NCBI GenBank assembly: GCA_030704615.1
Contig: CM060734.1
Location: forward strand, 22,816,001-22,880,000
Direction of reading: 5' to 3'
DNA length: 64,000 nucleotides
Origin: Takakia lepidozioides
Lineage: Eukaryota > Plantae > Bryophyta
Shown: positions 23,877 through 35,970 of the stretch, in pieces
How the letters are laid out: each line of letters opens with the position of its first letter
Position numbering within the stretch: position 1 is the first letter of the stretch
Notes under the pieces: generated by a model
What the model saw: the letters and a program-made list of their open reading frames with translations, nothing else
The model's database searches: none
What the model was told of the DNA's origin: nothing
Program-made: the position numbers and the translations under genes

Positions 23877-25423
23877 AAAGTGGATTGAAAGTGGAATCGC
23901 CGTCATGAGTGGGCTTGGGCTGACAACAAGAGAGGATGTTGTAGCGCAGTGAAGGTGCGTTGGAATTTGCACAGAAGGAGCTACAGCCCTTTGGCAAACA
24001 AGATCGCTACCGGGAAAAACTACAAGTAACTTCCTACTATTACCCTTGCCATCATGCCTGGCAGTCCTCCCTTATATGCTCAGATTGTCAAAAATGTCTC
24101 CCTCCTCAGTTTATGATTGTCTTTCTGGCAATTGACTTACTAACCTCCGTCATCCGTTGCACACTTACACATCTCTCAGTGAGAGAGAGTTCATGTGGAG
24201 CAAGGTATGCGAGTTGGGCTATATCAGTGCGAAGCTCTTAGTCATCAAGATCTCCAGTTTGCACAGGAACAATGAAGCTGTGCTTCTGGCTATCAAGTTA
24301 ACCCCCTGTAATTTGCATGTTACATGCAATGACCTGAACATGATTGATATCTTAGCTGTTTGCATTCGATCCATTATTGGCATGTTTTGGTATGGTGGTT
24401 TTCATCTGAAGGATAATATATGGGGCTTTCATGCAGGATTGCATGGCACTGCTAGCATATGAGCAGCCGGAGAATTCTCCAATGTTTTTTTTGCTCAACA
24501 TGGATCACCGCCAGAGTGTGGCAGATGCCTTGAACTGTGCTGTCCTAGGTATATTCTGCAAGCAAATGGTTGTTGGGTGGGTATGGGAAGTGAGTTGTTG
24601 GAACAACGATCAATACTCTTAGCCAAAATGAGAGAAGACCAGAAACGTTTTTCTAGTCACTTTGGAGAGTTGTTTTGTAGTATGTTTGGGCTCCTCCAAG
24701 TGCTTTGGCAGTTCCTCATTTTGCTAAAGCAGCATTGTAGCATGTTTATGGAGTGCCATTGGACACTCACTGGTTGGTTTTAACATCACAGTCCAATGTT
24801 GTCAAGGTTATCAAGTTGTTCCTATCTGGCAGTGTTATTAATAAGCATCGCTGGCTGCTATGGGACTACCATCCCATTTACCTTGCCTTGATATGACAAA
24901 TGCAACTACAGAGCATGCAAACCTACCCAGCTACACGTCAATGGAGAGATTGTTGCAACATACAACGGTTGTCAGGCAGCGCCTTCACCAAGAACTTGGC
25001 AAAGTAAGAGACATTTCACATTCCATTGCATTTCACATTTATTGAATGTTTGGACTTTCAACTGTGGATGCCGGCTCCATCAATTTGTCCCTCTGCAGAA
25101 GCTTAGTTCTCAGAGACAGGATCCACTGGGGAAGCTAGACTTCACTCCTGGATAATTGCTTGTGTAGTGTATACCAGCACTAATCCTTTGCACATAACTT
25201 CTTACTCATGTTAATGCATTTATATACTAATCCAGATCCATGGTTGGGAGCTGATTAAGTAGGTGGGGAGTTTTAGCAATTAGTCAACTGCTATGCGTGA
25301 TGATGTTGATGGTCTCATACTTCGACTGATTTATCCGGTTATATTTCCTTACCTTTCTCTCCTCTTTCTCTATTTTAGGATGGGCCTCCAATCTTCACTC
25401 TGAAGGCGTTTTTGAAAAGCTAG
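21728..25423 (+). CDS. LisH-CTLH-CRA protein, GID8/TWA1-like subunit of the CTLH E3 ligase (AT1G06060-type). Exons 21728-21760, 22896-23037, 23348-23495, 23950-24025, 24437-24548, 24912-25003, 25379-25423
   Basis: The spliced product MDVDPREYESVKVSDSEVRKIVLSYLVHNCFKETADTF...FDLLTLHFVELV...EKLQDCMALLAYEQPENSPM...DGPPIFTLKAFLKS* is continuous. All introns are GT-AG with consistent phases. Confidence 0.93.
23843..23872. repeat. (AT)15 microsatellite in an intron
   Basis: Directly visible. Confidence 0.95.
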
Positions 25424-27038
25424 GCGGGTGCCTGGTCGGCTTCTCGATATGGGCAGAGTGTTACCAAGTGATTGAAGGCTCATGGAGGAGCACAGAACAT
25501 ATTGAAGGGGCCAAAAGTCGCAGGATTATCAATGATTGGGTATGTCTAGCCTTACAGCATATTTATAAGGCATTGTTTGGGTTTGAATATAGATGTATTC
25601 TATTGTGTTTTCTAGGCCAAGGGTTGGCACCTGTTAGTCGCAATTGTTGCCTCCCTCTGGTGGCTTGGTAAGATAGAGCTTGAATAGCAGTTCCATAGCA
25701 CCACTGTGACTCAACCTTTAAATGACATACATGCAGTGAATGTCGTTTACAAACCAGAGAGGAGTTTCGGAGTTTCAAAGAGGGAAATGACATGATCCAT
25801 CAGTTCGATGGCCTATTTCTCTAATTTCTTTGCGTAAAGACTTGGCTGTCAATGTACGCAGTTCTGTTTATAAAGACATGGGAATGCCATCTCTTCCTGC
25901 TGGGGTGATGGCCCTGATGTGTACATGCTTGCATGGAGTAAGCACATTTGAATTGAGGAAGATTTGAATTCTGATCAGCGCGCTTTGCTTGAAGTCCTGT
26001 GTGTACTAGGTCTTTTTTTGGCGAACATTACTGCTCTTGGCATTGAGGTTGTGCACGACTAAGCACATATAGTCGTAATTCATGCAGAGATTGCCAACAT
26101 GCTGTTCTGAAATTTGAGACACTGAACGCCATGAGAAGCACTATTATTTCAATGCCTCTGTGCGAGTGACCAGTAAAGAATGAAGTTGGGGACAAGCGGA
26201 AGTGGTGGTTGGACTAGCTCCAACCAACGTTCTTCTACTTGTGCATGCCCATGGCTTACGCAGCGGGCACACATGTGAGCCTGCTTAAAAGGGGGTGCAA
26301 ACTCTACCATTCTGCGGATCCCCCATCCCCACATTTCATGTATCTGACCTACTGAGTTCAAACTAGATTGGCATAGCCATGCCATCGGTGTACTGCTCTT
26401 CCTCTATTATACAACTCGTCAGTAATTAATGGCTCCCCTCTTGATCTAATGTGAAACATACCAATAAGTTAGCATCTGCTCCCAACTTTCATGAGCCTAA
26501 ATCTGTGGGGGTTGCAACGTCCCTGCTTCAAGTGGATGCAAGTAAGAGCTCAATCTCCTTTGCCATGTTCACCTCCTTACATGCTGGTATGTCTGTAACG
26601 AGAACACACACCTGCTTGGGCAACTCACACCATGGAAGAGATGGCCTGTGTTCCTGTGCATGAATGCCCATGGGGAGGTGGGCACGATTCGCCTAGCCCT
26701 CTGAGGTGGAGATTCTTGGCACATTACATTCTTGAATTTTGCAATGGAGCCAACTCAACTTCCTATGCCAGAAACAACGCCAATTCACGGATGAACGAGG
26801 AACGTTGGACGTGGTAGACAGAATCTGCCCTTCTAGAATATACACAAGCCTCGCTCAAAGGGAGGCGCTGCGCGCAGGCCCGCACACGCAGGCTCCACTG
26901 CAGATTGGGCATGCAAGAGATTGTAGATTGGAGACAGTGGAGGACTAGACGTGGTGCGAGGGTGTAGGTAGCTGCATTCACTCTCACTTACAGATTGTTT
27001 TGCATTCCGGAGGAACAATTATACAGCGGCGCAGTCCA

Positions 27039-29496
27039 ATGGCAGCAGTTGTAGGGACAGCCGCCGTGGCGGGTATGTTGGTGCGGATGCCTCAGGACGC
27101 CCTCGCATTCTCATGGTCCAAGACTCGCCTCCCTTTTCACGCACAGAGTTTGAGGGCGAGAGGAAGGTGCCATGCCCAGACTATAAGGCAACCGCGATCC
27201 CTCTTCGTGGCCACAAGGGCTGCACAAGCTGAGGCAAAGGTGGGTCTGGGTTTGTTTTTCATTTTCAGTGTGTTACTCAATTTAGTTCTTCCACACTGCC
27301 TCATGTAGACCCTTTCTCAAGGGCCGTGGTACGATGAGTTTGAGTTGCATTGAGCCTTATTTAAAAGGTAACCTTGTCGTCCGCCAGTTCCTTTACCATC
27401 ATCTTCATTTTTTTATCATATTAAGAATTCTCATGGTGCAGCAGTGATATGCTTGCATGTAACGGAAGCCTGAGCCTGAGCCTCGGCTATTTCCCCGGGG
27501 AGGATTGGCCGATTGGCTATCATACAGACTCTGCCGCACCATGCGAATTCTTAACATGAAAAAAAAAAAACATGAGGTAATGGAACTGGCGTTAGCTTTC
27601 AAATAAGTCTCGATACAACTCTTAGTCATCATAGCACGCCCCCTCACTCAACAGCCCCTTTGCTACGTCCACAATCTGGCATCCTACCAGCATTTCGACT
27701 TTCACCTTCAAGCTTTGAAGGAGCCTCCGCGCTTTGTTTTTCTTCCCCTGTCACCGACTCTGCTTGACCTTGCGTCATGGCAACTGGCTTATTTGATCAA
27801 AGGCTAATCGATACCATCCTCTATCCAAACGTTCTCTTGTGTACTCTGCTTACGTCTGTAGTCTGGCAATCTCTGTGAAAACCACCAGGGGTGCAGTAGT
27901 TTTAATCACAGCCTTCTAAGACCAAGCCCTACCTTTCAACCTCCAGGGCTTGACTGTCATGTCTTTCTTAGGATGGTCTTATAAGGTAGAAGCAGTTTCT
28001 ACAATTGAACAAAAAGTGTAACTCTTTCACATCCTATATGAAGAAAGCCACACCTTGTCAAGCCCGGTGTCCCAGCATTGTCAAGGATCTTTGAAGACTC
28101 CCTCCTGCACTGGTGTATGTGGCATGCCTAACCTAGAAACAATATTCCTTTTCTAGATTCCCATCATCTCAGTCTTGTTCAGGAGTACTAGTGTAGCCTT
28201 TGAAATCATTCCTGCAAGTTACTCTGGGCCTTGTCTGAAGCAACATCATGACATAAAATACATATCAGCCCACGAATGAAGATGCTAAAGGAGCTTCTAC
28301 TGGACTTCAAACCAGCTCATTGTAAGCCATACTCAGCAAAAGACCAGACTCCTTGCTTGGGTGACAAAGGTGCAATGGGCACAGACCTCTGCTTGGTTAC
28401 CGAGCATCCCACAGAGCTATGGCCGCAAACTAGTCATACAAACAAAAACATATCTCTCCCCCTCTCTCTTGTTATCCCTCTCATCTAGCTCTCCTGTTGT
28501 ATTTTATTTCATTCTTTTGTTATGTCTATCTTCCTCTTTGTTTGTCCTAGAGCTTGATATAGAGTGCAATGGCTGATCATGGCAGCAAGCTGCGGAGGAG
28601 GAGAAGGAAGAGGAGGAAAAGGAAGAGGAGGATGAGAGCGAGAGCGAGAGCAATGGCATCACAGATGAAGCGCCACCCTCAGTCACTCAGTCTCTACTAG
28701 AGAGCTTTAGGGAAGCCCTGGCTGCTAGTGATGAGCCAGTCTTGGCGGACATACAGTCTCAATTGCAAGCCATTGAAGAGGAGAGGGAAGTCCTGTCCCA
28801 ACAAGTGGCTAGCCTTATGGATGAGGTCTCTGCAGGAAAGGATCGCGTTCTACGTCTCAATGCAGATTTTGAAAATTACAGAAAGCGGTCAGAACGGGAG
28901 CGGCTTCAAGTTAAAAGTAATGTGAGAGGAGAGGTGATCGAGAGCCTTTTGCCCATGGTGGACAACTTTGAAAGAGCGAAGGCATCCATCAAAACAGAGA
29001 CAGACGCCGAGCAGAAAATTGACAACAGCTACCAGGGCATTTACAAGCAGTTTGTGGAGATAATGAAGGGACTGGGTGTTGTGGCTGTTGATACAGTTGG
29101 CAAGGAGTTTGATCCTATGGTAGGGGATCGTCTACATTCAAGTTTGTTGTCTTTCTTGACAAGTTTTTGGGAGCACGTGGTGCACTCTATGTTGCGCTTT
29201 CAGAAGTAGTGGCTGCCAATATTAGCAAAAAATATATGCCACTGTTATGCCAGGAGCAAAATCTGGAAGACTGAGAGTTTGTGGTGGGAATGGTATAGGT
29301 ACACGAGGCAATCATGCGGGAGGAGTCTTCGGAGTATGACGAGGGGGTGGTAATACAAGAGTTTAGGAGAGGGTTTTCAATAGGTGACAAATTGCTACGG
29401 CCGGCTATGGTGAAGGTCTCTGCAGGGCCACCTGCTAAGTCGCCAGATGTGCCAGAGTCTGAGGAACCATTGGAGGATCCACTCAGTTCAGAATAG
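27039..29496 (+). CDS. grpE: Plastid GrpE nucleotide-exchange factor (CGE-type). Exons 27039-27239, ~28586-29119, 29299-29496
   Basis: Transit peptide in exon 1. GrpE motifs RLNADFENYRKR, LLPMVDNFERA, EFDP.VHEA and LLRPAMVKV. The exon-2 acceptor is uncertain. Confidence 0.93.
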
Positions 29497-30329
29497 AGGG
29501 TTTTTTACGGCTTTCTTGATGAATAATTAAGAGTGTTCTGATCCTTGGATCTCTTGGGCAATATAAGTAGATTGTGGTGCTTTGATTGGTTGTCAATTCA
29601 GCACAATAGGGTGTCTGTGCGTAGGCTGCTGCGCATGTAGCCTGGGTTATGGATGGGCTGCTGTCACTGGATTCCAGTTATTGGAAGGGCAACAGGTGAC
29701 CGAGTTAAGCCCAATCTAACAACTAATGAATGAGGCCTGAAACAGTTTTCCTTTTTCCTCATCCAGATTTGTCCGTAGGTGGGACTGTGCAGATGGTAAT
29801 GGAATAGTGTGCTTGGGTAGTGTTTGGGCTGGATTAGTTGTCACCGAGCAAGGTGACAACTATGGAAGTGATTTGTTAAGGGCAAAACCAAAAGCCTATC
29901 ACAGTATGAAGCTCGTCTGCCTCAAACAGTTGCTTGCTCCAAACTGCGGAAGCTTGGGTCATTACGAATCATAAATGAACTTATGGATAGTTGAGCTCTT
30001 GATTTTGAGAAATCAGGTGCCAGATACAAGGGTGAGGAACCCGGCTGTCCAGAAGATGTCATGGAGTAGTGGTTCCATGCCAGAAACAATTTCAAACAAG
30101 TCAAAAGCATCAGAAACCTGCAATCAAGATATTGACAACAGGCAATGGAGGCAAACTTGCTGAAAACTCAAATACATGTAGAGTCTACAGGTCATCCTTA
30201 TTACTAGTCTCGATGTACTGGGGAAGAGGCTCTTGTTTACGCCAGCTTCGGTTGGCATCATATGTGTATATATATATATATATGTCGTAACAAACAAAGT
30301 CATACCACTTTCAAATCATACAAAAGAGG

Positions 30330-30915
30330 TATATGTAGAGCAGTTTCATTCGGGCCTGTCCATTCTAGAGTGGGCCAGGAATTACTGTGGCCCAGGAATT
30401 AGAGTGGGGGGCGCAGGTAGTAAGGCCACGTGTACGTCTAGGAATAAAAGCAGGGAGAGGGGTGTGGGTAGGGGTAATTTAGCTTCTGACGTGTCAAGCA
30501 AAGCCATAAAAAACGGGGGTTATATTAGTCACTAGTTGACTTTCTACTTTCTAGATAGTTCTAACTATTATGTGGGTTTGAAGCAACTCACTAGTGGTTT
30601 CAAATTTGTATCTTCAACATAGTGGTTTCAGAGCCAGAGAGTAGTTCTTTTCTATCTTGAGGCTGGGCCAAGCACCTCACTAGTCGTTGTGGTTGTGGCT
30701 GCTGCAGGAGTACAGGGAGCGGTGGCAGGATGCAGGGAAGGTTGGGGCTTGGTGAGGGGCTTGGTGCAAGTGCAGGGTGGCCCAGTGGGATCGTCTTGAA
30801 GGTGGAGTGCTTGGCGTTGGCGAAGTCGGGCTAGGGGGACCGGCATCTTCGTCCTTCTCAACATGACTTCAAGGTTCAATGGCAATGTAGTTCAGTTCTG
30901 ATTTCTGCATCTTTG
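30330..30915 (+). repeat. Long terminal-like arm (copy B), inverted relative to 4825-5536
   Basis: Begins ATATGTAGAGCAGTTTCATTCGGGCC. Shared blocks include CACTAGTTGACTTTCTA, GTGGCTGCTGCAGGAGTACAGGG and TGGAGTGCTTGG.GTTGGCGAAGT. Confidence 0.75.
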
Positions 30916-31519
30916 CCCTTACGCACTTTTTGAACTTTTTAATGTTAGACTATCCAATAATTAAAAGAAACCTCAATATATGTAGCAAGAAATGGAACCT
31001 AAACTTCGAGCCAAAAAATGGAAGTTCGGAAACCCCTCTCTATTGCATGATGTAGAGATGTAGAGACAGCTTGACCCTACCTCCTCCTCTTCCATATGTT
31101 TAGCAGGCAATCTGTAAGGCACTGCTTGGCATTCATCCAGAAACTTCTGGCAGTTGCCAAGTGTGGGCACATGCAGTCGCCACATGTATTTTTGTGCAGA
31201 ATATACCTCAATCATTCATTTTATTTTTCGAAAGATTTGGGATAACATATTTTGGGCTCTTCGTGAAGGCAGATCAATCACCCTTGCGTTGCCCAAAATG
31301 TTCATTTGAAAAATGCTGAAAATCAATCGGACCATTTCGGGAAGGTAATACCCTGATGTCCAGGAAATTACCAGTGTCATTCTGAAGTTGTAGTCATTGA
31401 GAGGGTTGTTAGGATGTAGGACTGATGTGAGAGACATTGCGTGGGAAACAATGCGGATTGAAAGAACGAAATTTCTCCCCACCGAATTTGATGGTGATAT
31501 TCTTTCCGAACTACCGCCT

Positions 31520-32723
31520 CTAAACAGTCCTCATCACACAACGCACAACATCAGAACTAGAATTTATGAGGCCTAGACTCCCGCGTAGTGTAATGCTTGA
31601 ACAAACATATGAAAGTCGGAGCAGAAGTCTCGCCAGTGGCTCTAGAGGTGCACTTGATAAATGAGGTTGCCCTAATAGCGGAACATCTCGTTTTTTATCC
31701 TTGGGGAGTCCGTTCAATGTGCCACAATGCGTTACCACAGTCAGACTCTTCGATCGGCAGCATCTTCTCTCCTTCTCCCCGCACTGTAGCAGTTGGAGAT
31801 GTTGTAGTGAATTCTACAGCAGAACATGCACCCATAGAGGGAGTGGCAGAAACGAAAGTGGGAGGCACGGGCACATGAGGTGTGGAGAAGTTATCTCTAT
31901 CATGCCGATGCGAGTCACCATCGGATTCCCGGAGGCGTGTCGAGTTTGCGCTTGCATGAACCAAATCTCTCCTCATCTTCCAGATGTGCAAGCCTGGACT
32001 GCAAAGGTGTTCATGTTGTGTAGTCGTTAACAGCCATGGCCATTTTTGCAGGATCTTTAGATCTATTTGCATCCCTAAGTAGCAACTCTGCCCTGTTTGG
32101 CCTTTTACCAGCATCCCGTCCCCTCAGGAAGTCTCGGTACCTTGTTTGTTGTGAAAGCGCGCGGACCATGTCACCAGCAGTTGCAACATAAAGGTCCCGT
32201 CCGGTCTTACCGGATTGCTTCATCCACACACTGTGCACAGTCTCAGACAGATTGCAGGAGGGCATATCCGCAATGTCCTCCAATGACATATTCTGCATGA
32301 AATGAAACATAAACATGAATATGTGAAGCAGCAGTAGAACCGGCCAGGTCGATGGCAAGTTGGAGTCACGGAAGGATCCCCTTATGACAATGAACAAAGA
32401 AGAATCATGATAGTATGCAAGAAACTTACTGCTGTCATGAAAGCCCCCCGTTGTCTGTATCTGAACTGCCAGAAGCCCAACCAGTCTTCAAGCTCTTTGA
32501 TTCCATCCAGACTTGTTGCGTCAGAGGAGTACCACCATGCTCGGATTGTCTGGTACATGGAGTTTGTTTGCTCGGTTGAGGCATCTTTATACAATTGGCA
32601 TAGTCTCAGATGCTCCTCCCGCAACTCTAATTTTATGGAACTCTTTGTGTGTTTTTGAAAGGACTGGCGTTGGATGAAATTATCTATCGATTTTTCATCC
32701 GTGTCATCCTCTGAGGATGACAT
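31520..32723 (-). pseudogene. C-terminal part of a MULE-like transposase, with one intron at ~32429-32293
   Basis: RAWWYSS..WLGFWQFRYRQ then MPSCNLSETVHSVW, resembling the MULE W...TxNxxExxH/N motif that holds the catalytic Glu. A Cys-rich tail follows (EESDC..WHIERTP...C..C). Frameshifts and stops are present. Confidence 0.6.
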
Positions 32724-33135
32724 CCATTTATGGATGAAATAAATAAATAATAGGATGGCTCCATTAGGATCCTGACCTTATACCAAAAATCCGGGTAATG
32801 TAAATAACCGAAATTAACCAAATTCCAAGAAGGTTAATTAGGGGTTAGGTAACATACCACTGGTCTCAAACTATCAAGTTTTAAGAGAACCAGCCAGATC
32901 CATGGAGGGAGGGAGAGAGATGGAACCCACCAACCATCCCCTGGTATGGCAGCTCCTTATGGAGTGAGTGTGGTATGCACTCACCCCGTAAGGGAGTGCA
33001 TACCAGACCCCATCACATAAATGACCTCCCTCTTCTTTGTAGCTTTTACTTCTGGTTACAAAGGAACCATAGAAATAAACATGCCTACAATCTCAACTCT
33101 CCAAGGTCAACAAACAAAACAAGCCGTGACCAGCA

Positions 33136-33611
33136 AAGGTACATCAACACTTCCATCAGAATGTAGAGTTTTACCTTTTAGCTACACATAAGCTCTGATA
33201 ATGGAAAGATGAGGCCAATGAAGGGACCTTAACTCCGAAATTCATGAAGCAACAAACAGGAAAGAAACTTTTATCAACCCTTTAGTGTTTACCTAGCCCA
33301 TATTTTTGGGTACCACATGTGTACAAAACCAATGGGGGTAGGTTTAGGCAATGAATTTTTCTGCCATTGGCATGTTCCAAGTTGGCAAGTTGTGACACAA
33401 ATGAAGGTACATCAACACATACATCAAAATGTAGAGTTTTACCTTTTAGTTTATATATGAGCTCTGGTGACCGGAAGAAGAGGCCAATGAAAGAACCCTC
33501 AATTCCCAAGGTCATAAAGTAACAATCAGGAAAGAATCTTATATCAGACTTTTAGTGTTTGCCCACCCCTTGTTTTGGGTAAACATGTGTACAAAACCAA
33601 AGGGGGCAGGT
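33136..33611. repeat. Diverged tandem duplication, period 268 bp
   Basis: AAGGTACATCAACAC...ATGTAGAGTTTTACCTTTTAG...CATGTGTACAAAACCAA at 33136 and 33404. Confidence 0.85.
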
Positions 33612-34375
33612 ATTGGGACTTAGGTAATGAAGTCTGGCAGGGGTTTACCACCTGGTATTCAGACAAAACATCTACCAGCAGCATATCAGAATTGGGTATT
33701 TTTTATGGTGCTATAAAGAGCAAAGCCATAACGAGGAGAAACATATAAACATTTGAGCCAAAGAAAAGGAACTCATTCGTATCATAAGGTATCTAAATCT
33801 GACATAAGGCATCGGCTACAGGGGACCGGCAAACAAGAGTAATGTGCACTGACCGGATCATGTATAAGGTGTACACGTCTACTCCAGCAGGCTGTCTTAC
33901 CAAGGCCTAGCTCAAAATTTCAGCATTCATAAGCCCTATAGATGTTCTATGCTTATCTCAGGTACCTTCAAGGATGCCTTACTCTCCATGCCCAATTAGC
34001 CAACATATTTTTGCTGGAGAAGATCTTACCTTATGAAGGACTTGCTTGCTCCACACCATGGTCATGGTGGGAGAGGAGGCTGATATCTCATGGCTTTGGC
34101 CTTCCCATTGCCTTGGGTTCATCACTTCAATTAGGAATATATTTGATAACCTTTTGTCATGCCCAGACCAAGGTGTTAGTAAATCAAACATAAAACTGAA
34201 AACAGAAGGGAGATTGGTTGATAATGTGTACAAGAACCACCAAGTACACTGGTCTAAATCAGAGAGGGAAGATACTTATGTCTTGTCGAGACATGGACAA
34301 AGACCTGACGAGGTCATTGTAAAATTAACGACAAATCAGCCTCATAACAAGGCATTATCAACCATTCTTCATTCA

Positions 34376-35360
34376 TGTTAGAGGACTGTCTGGGACTTAG
34401 ACACTTATATGGGATTTGTAGGGTACCCTTAATTTTTGCACAGACTGAGACCAACAGGAACCTTAGGGGTGACAGCAGCACACTTTAGAGGGGGGTTACA
34501 CAGCTGTCACATCCAACACAGCCCGTCACAGCTTCGCACAGCCCGACACAGCCCGACACAGCAACACAGCCAGTCACAGCCTGACACAGCCCGACACAGC
34601 CCAACACAGTCGCACAGCCAGTCACAGCCCAACACAGTCGCACAGCCAGTCACAGCCCGTCACAGTTTCACACAGCCAGTCACAGCTTGACACAGCTGTC
34701 ACGACCATAGGGAACGGATAGCAGGACAGGGAACGACTGAGGGGAACAACATCTACGAATGGAACATGTAGTTCAAGGGTGACGGTTAGTGAGGGAAACG
34801 ATTAGAACAACGGGTAGGAAAATAAAGCGAGGAGCGAGGACAGGAGGGGGATCACTTCTGGACATGACTTGGCCAGGGGACTTCGGACAGCACGGGGGGG
34901 AAATGAGGCAGAGAGCGTATCTCTGAGCGGAAAGAGGGAGAGCACGGAGTAGGAGAAGTGACGATCTGTTGTTACTTGATGAATGCAAGCTATAGAATTG
35001 TAATGTAGAGTAGATTAGAGACACCATGGCTTCAGCCTGATACTTGATAGATATTAATCTGATACACACTTCATACTCACACTGTGTAGAGAGATCTGAG
35101 TGAAGCTGTGGAATGAATGGATGAGTTGATGGAATCCGATAGATTGATGAAGCAAACTGATACTTAATTATCAATAGTAAGGTAGCTAGCTAACATGAAT
35201 GCGGAAAGGAAAACAAATAGGAAACACCCCCATGATACACTAGCTGTAGGTCATGACTGATTGTTCTGAGCGGGCTGAGTACTTAGAGATTTCCAACTCT
35301 TCTATCTTGGAGTTTCCGCCTCGGATAGCGAAGGGATGGGTGAGTAAAAGCCGCGCGACA
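34376..35360 (+). repeat. 5' LTR (985 bp) containing a ~10-bp CACAGCC tandem array
   Basis: Near-identical to 46743-47734 outside the array. Confidence 0.97.
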
Positions 35361-35948
35361 TTTGGCGACCATACTGGGGAACTGAGTCATGAACAACCAG
35401 ATGTGACAGGCATCTGGTGGGATCATGGTGGTTGGACCATTAAAGAATTTGAAGTGAATCAAATTCCCTGTGGAACGAAAGAAGAAAGATTGTCCAAACA
35501 ATTCTTTCAAAGGTTCTTGGAATTGCCAGACGGTTGTAAAGAAAATATTCTTAAGCGAGTGCATGATGCTGATCCGGAATGGGGTCTGGAGAAAGGAGTG
35601 ATAAAGATTTATCAGGTGGCCTGTAGAGGAAGAGCACGTTGGTTACCAACATTGGTTTATGTGATAGCATTGCTATCCATTAAGCGAGTAGAGTTTGAAG
35701 ACTGGGAAGAAAGAAAGGTGAATGTTTATACTCATATGCATGAAGAGCTTGTACTGGTAAATAATTGGATTCCAAAGGATATTTTGTGGATCAAACTCAC
35801 ACCAAGAACAGCTTTCCAGACTTGTTTGCCATATGGTTATATGGTAACGGAGACTTCAAGTATAGCCAAGGGTGCATTGAAGCTTGAAAGAAACCCAGGC
35901 ATATACGAGAGATATTACAGAAGAGAGTTTTGGTTATTGCCACATTAA
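35253..35948 (+). CDS. Additional 5' ORF (231 aa) upstream of gag, starting within the LTR
   Basis: Uninterrupted ORF crossing the PBS, with globular composition and its own stop 23 nt before the next ATG. Confidence 0.55.
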   Translation: MTDCSERAEYLEISNSSILEFPPRIAKGWVSKSRATFGDHTGELSHEQPDVTGIWWDHGGWTIKEFEVNQIPCGTKEERLSKQFFQRFLELPDGCKENILKRVHDADPEWGLEKGVIKIYQVACRGRARWLPTLVYVIALLSIKRVEFEDWEERKVNVYTHMHEELVLVNNWIPKDILWIKLTPRTAFQTCLPYGYMVTETSSIAKGALKLERNPGIYERYYRREFWLLPH

Positions 35949-35970
35949 AAAGAAATGAAAGACATGGGAC

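Noticed and set aside
28269-28321. Extra GrpE micro-exon
   Set aside because: At 53 nt it breaks the frame; exon 1 joins 28586 in phase without it.
5536-30330. One 25-kb TIR element capturing the GID8-like and GrpE genes
   Set aside because: The apparent termini face the interval and the arm interiors point outward, and no TSD was found, so two separate elements fit better.
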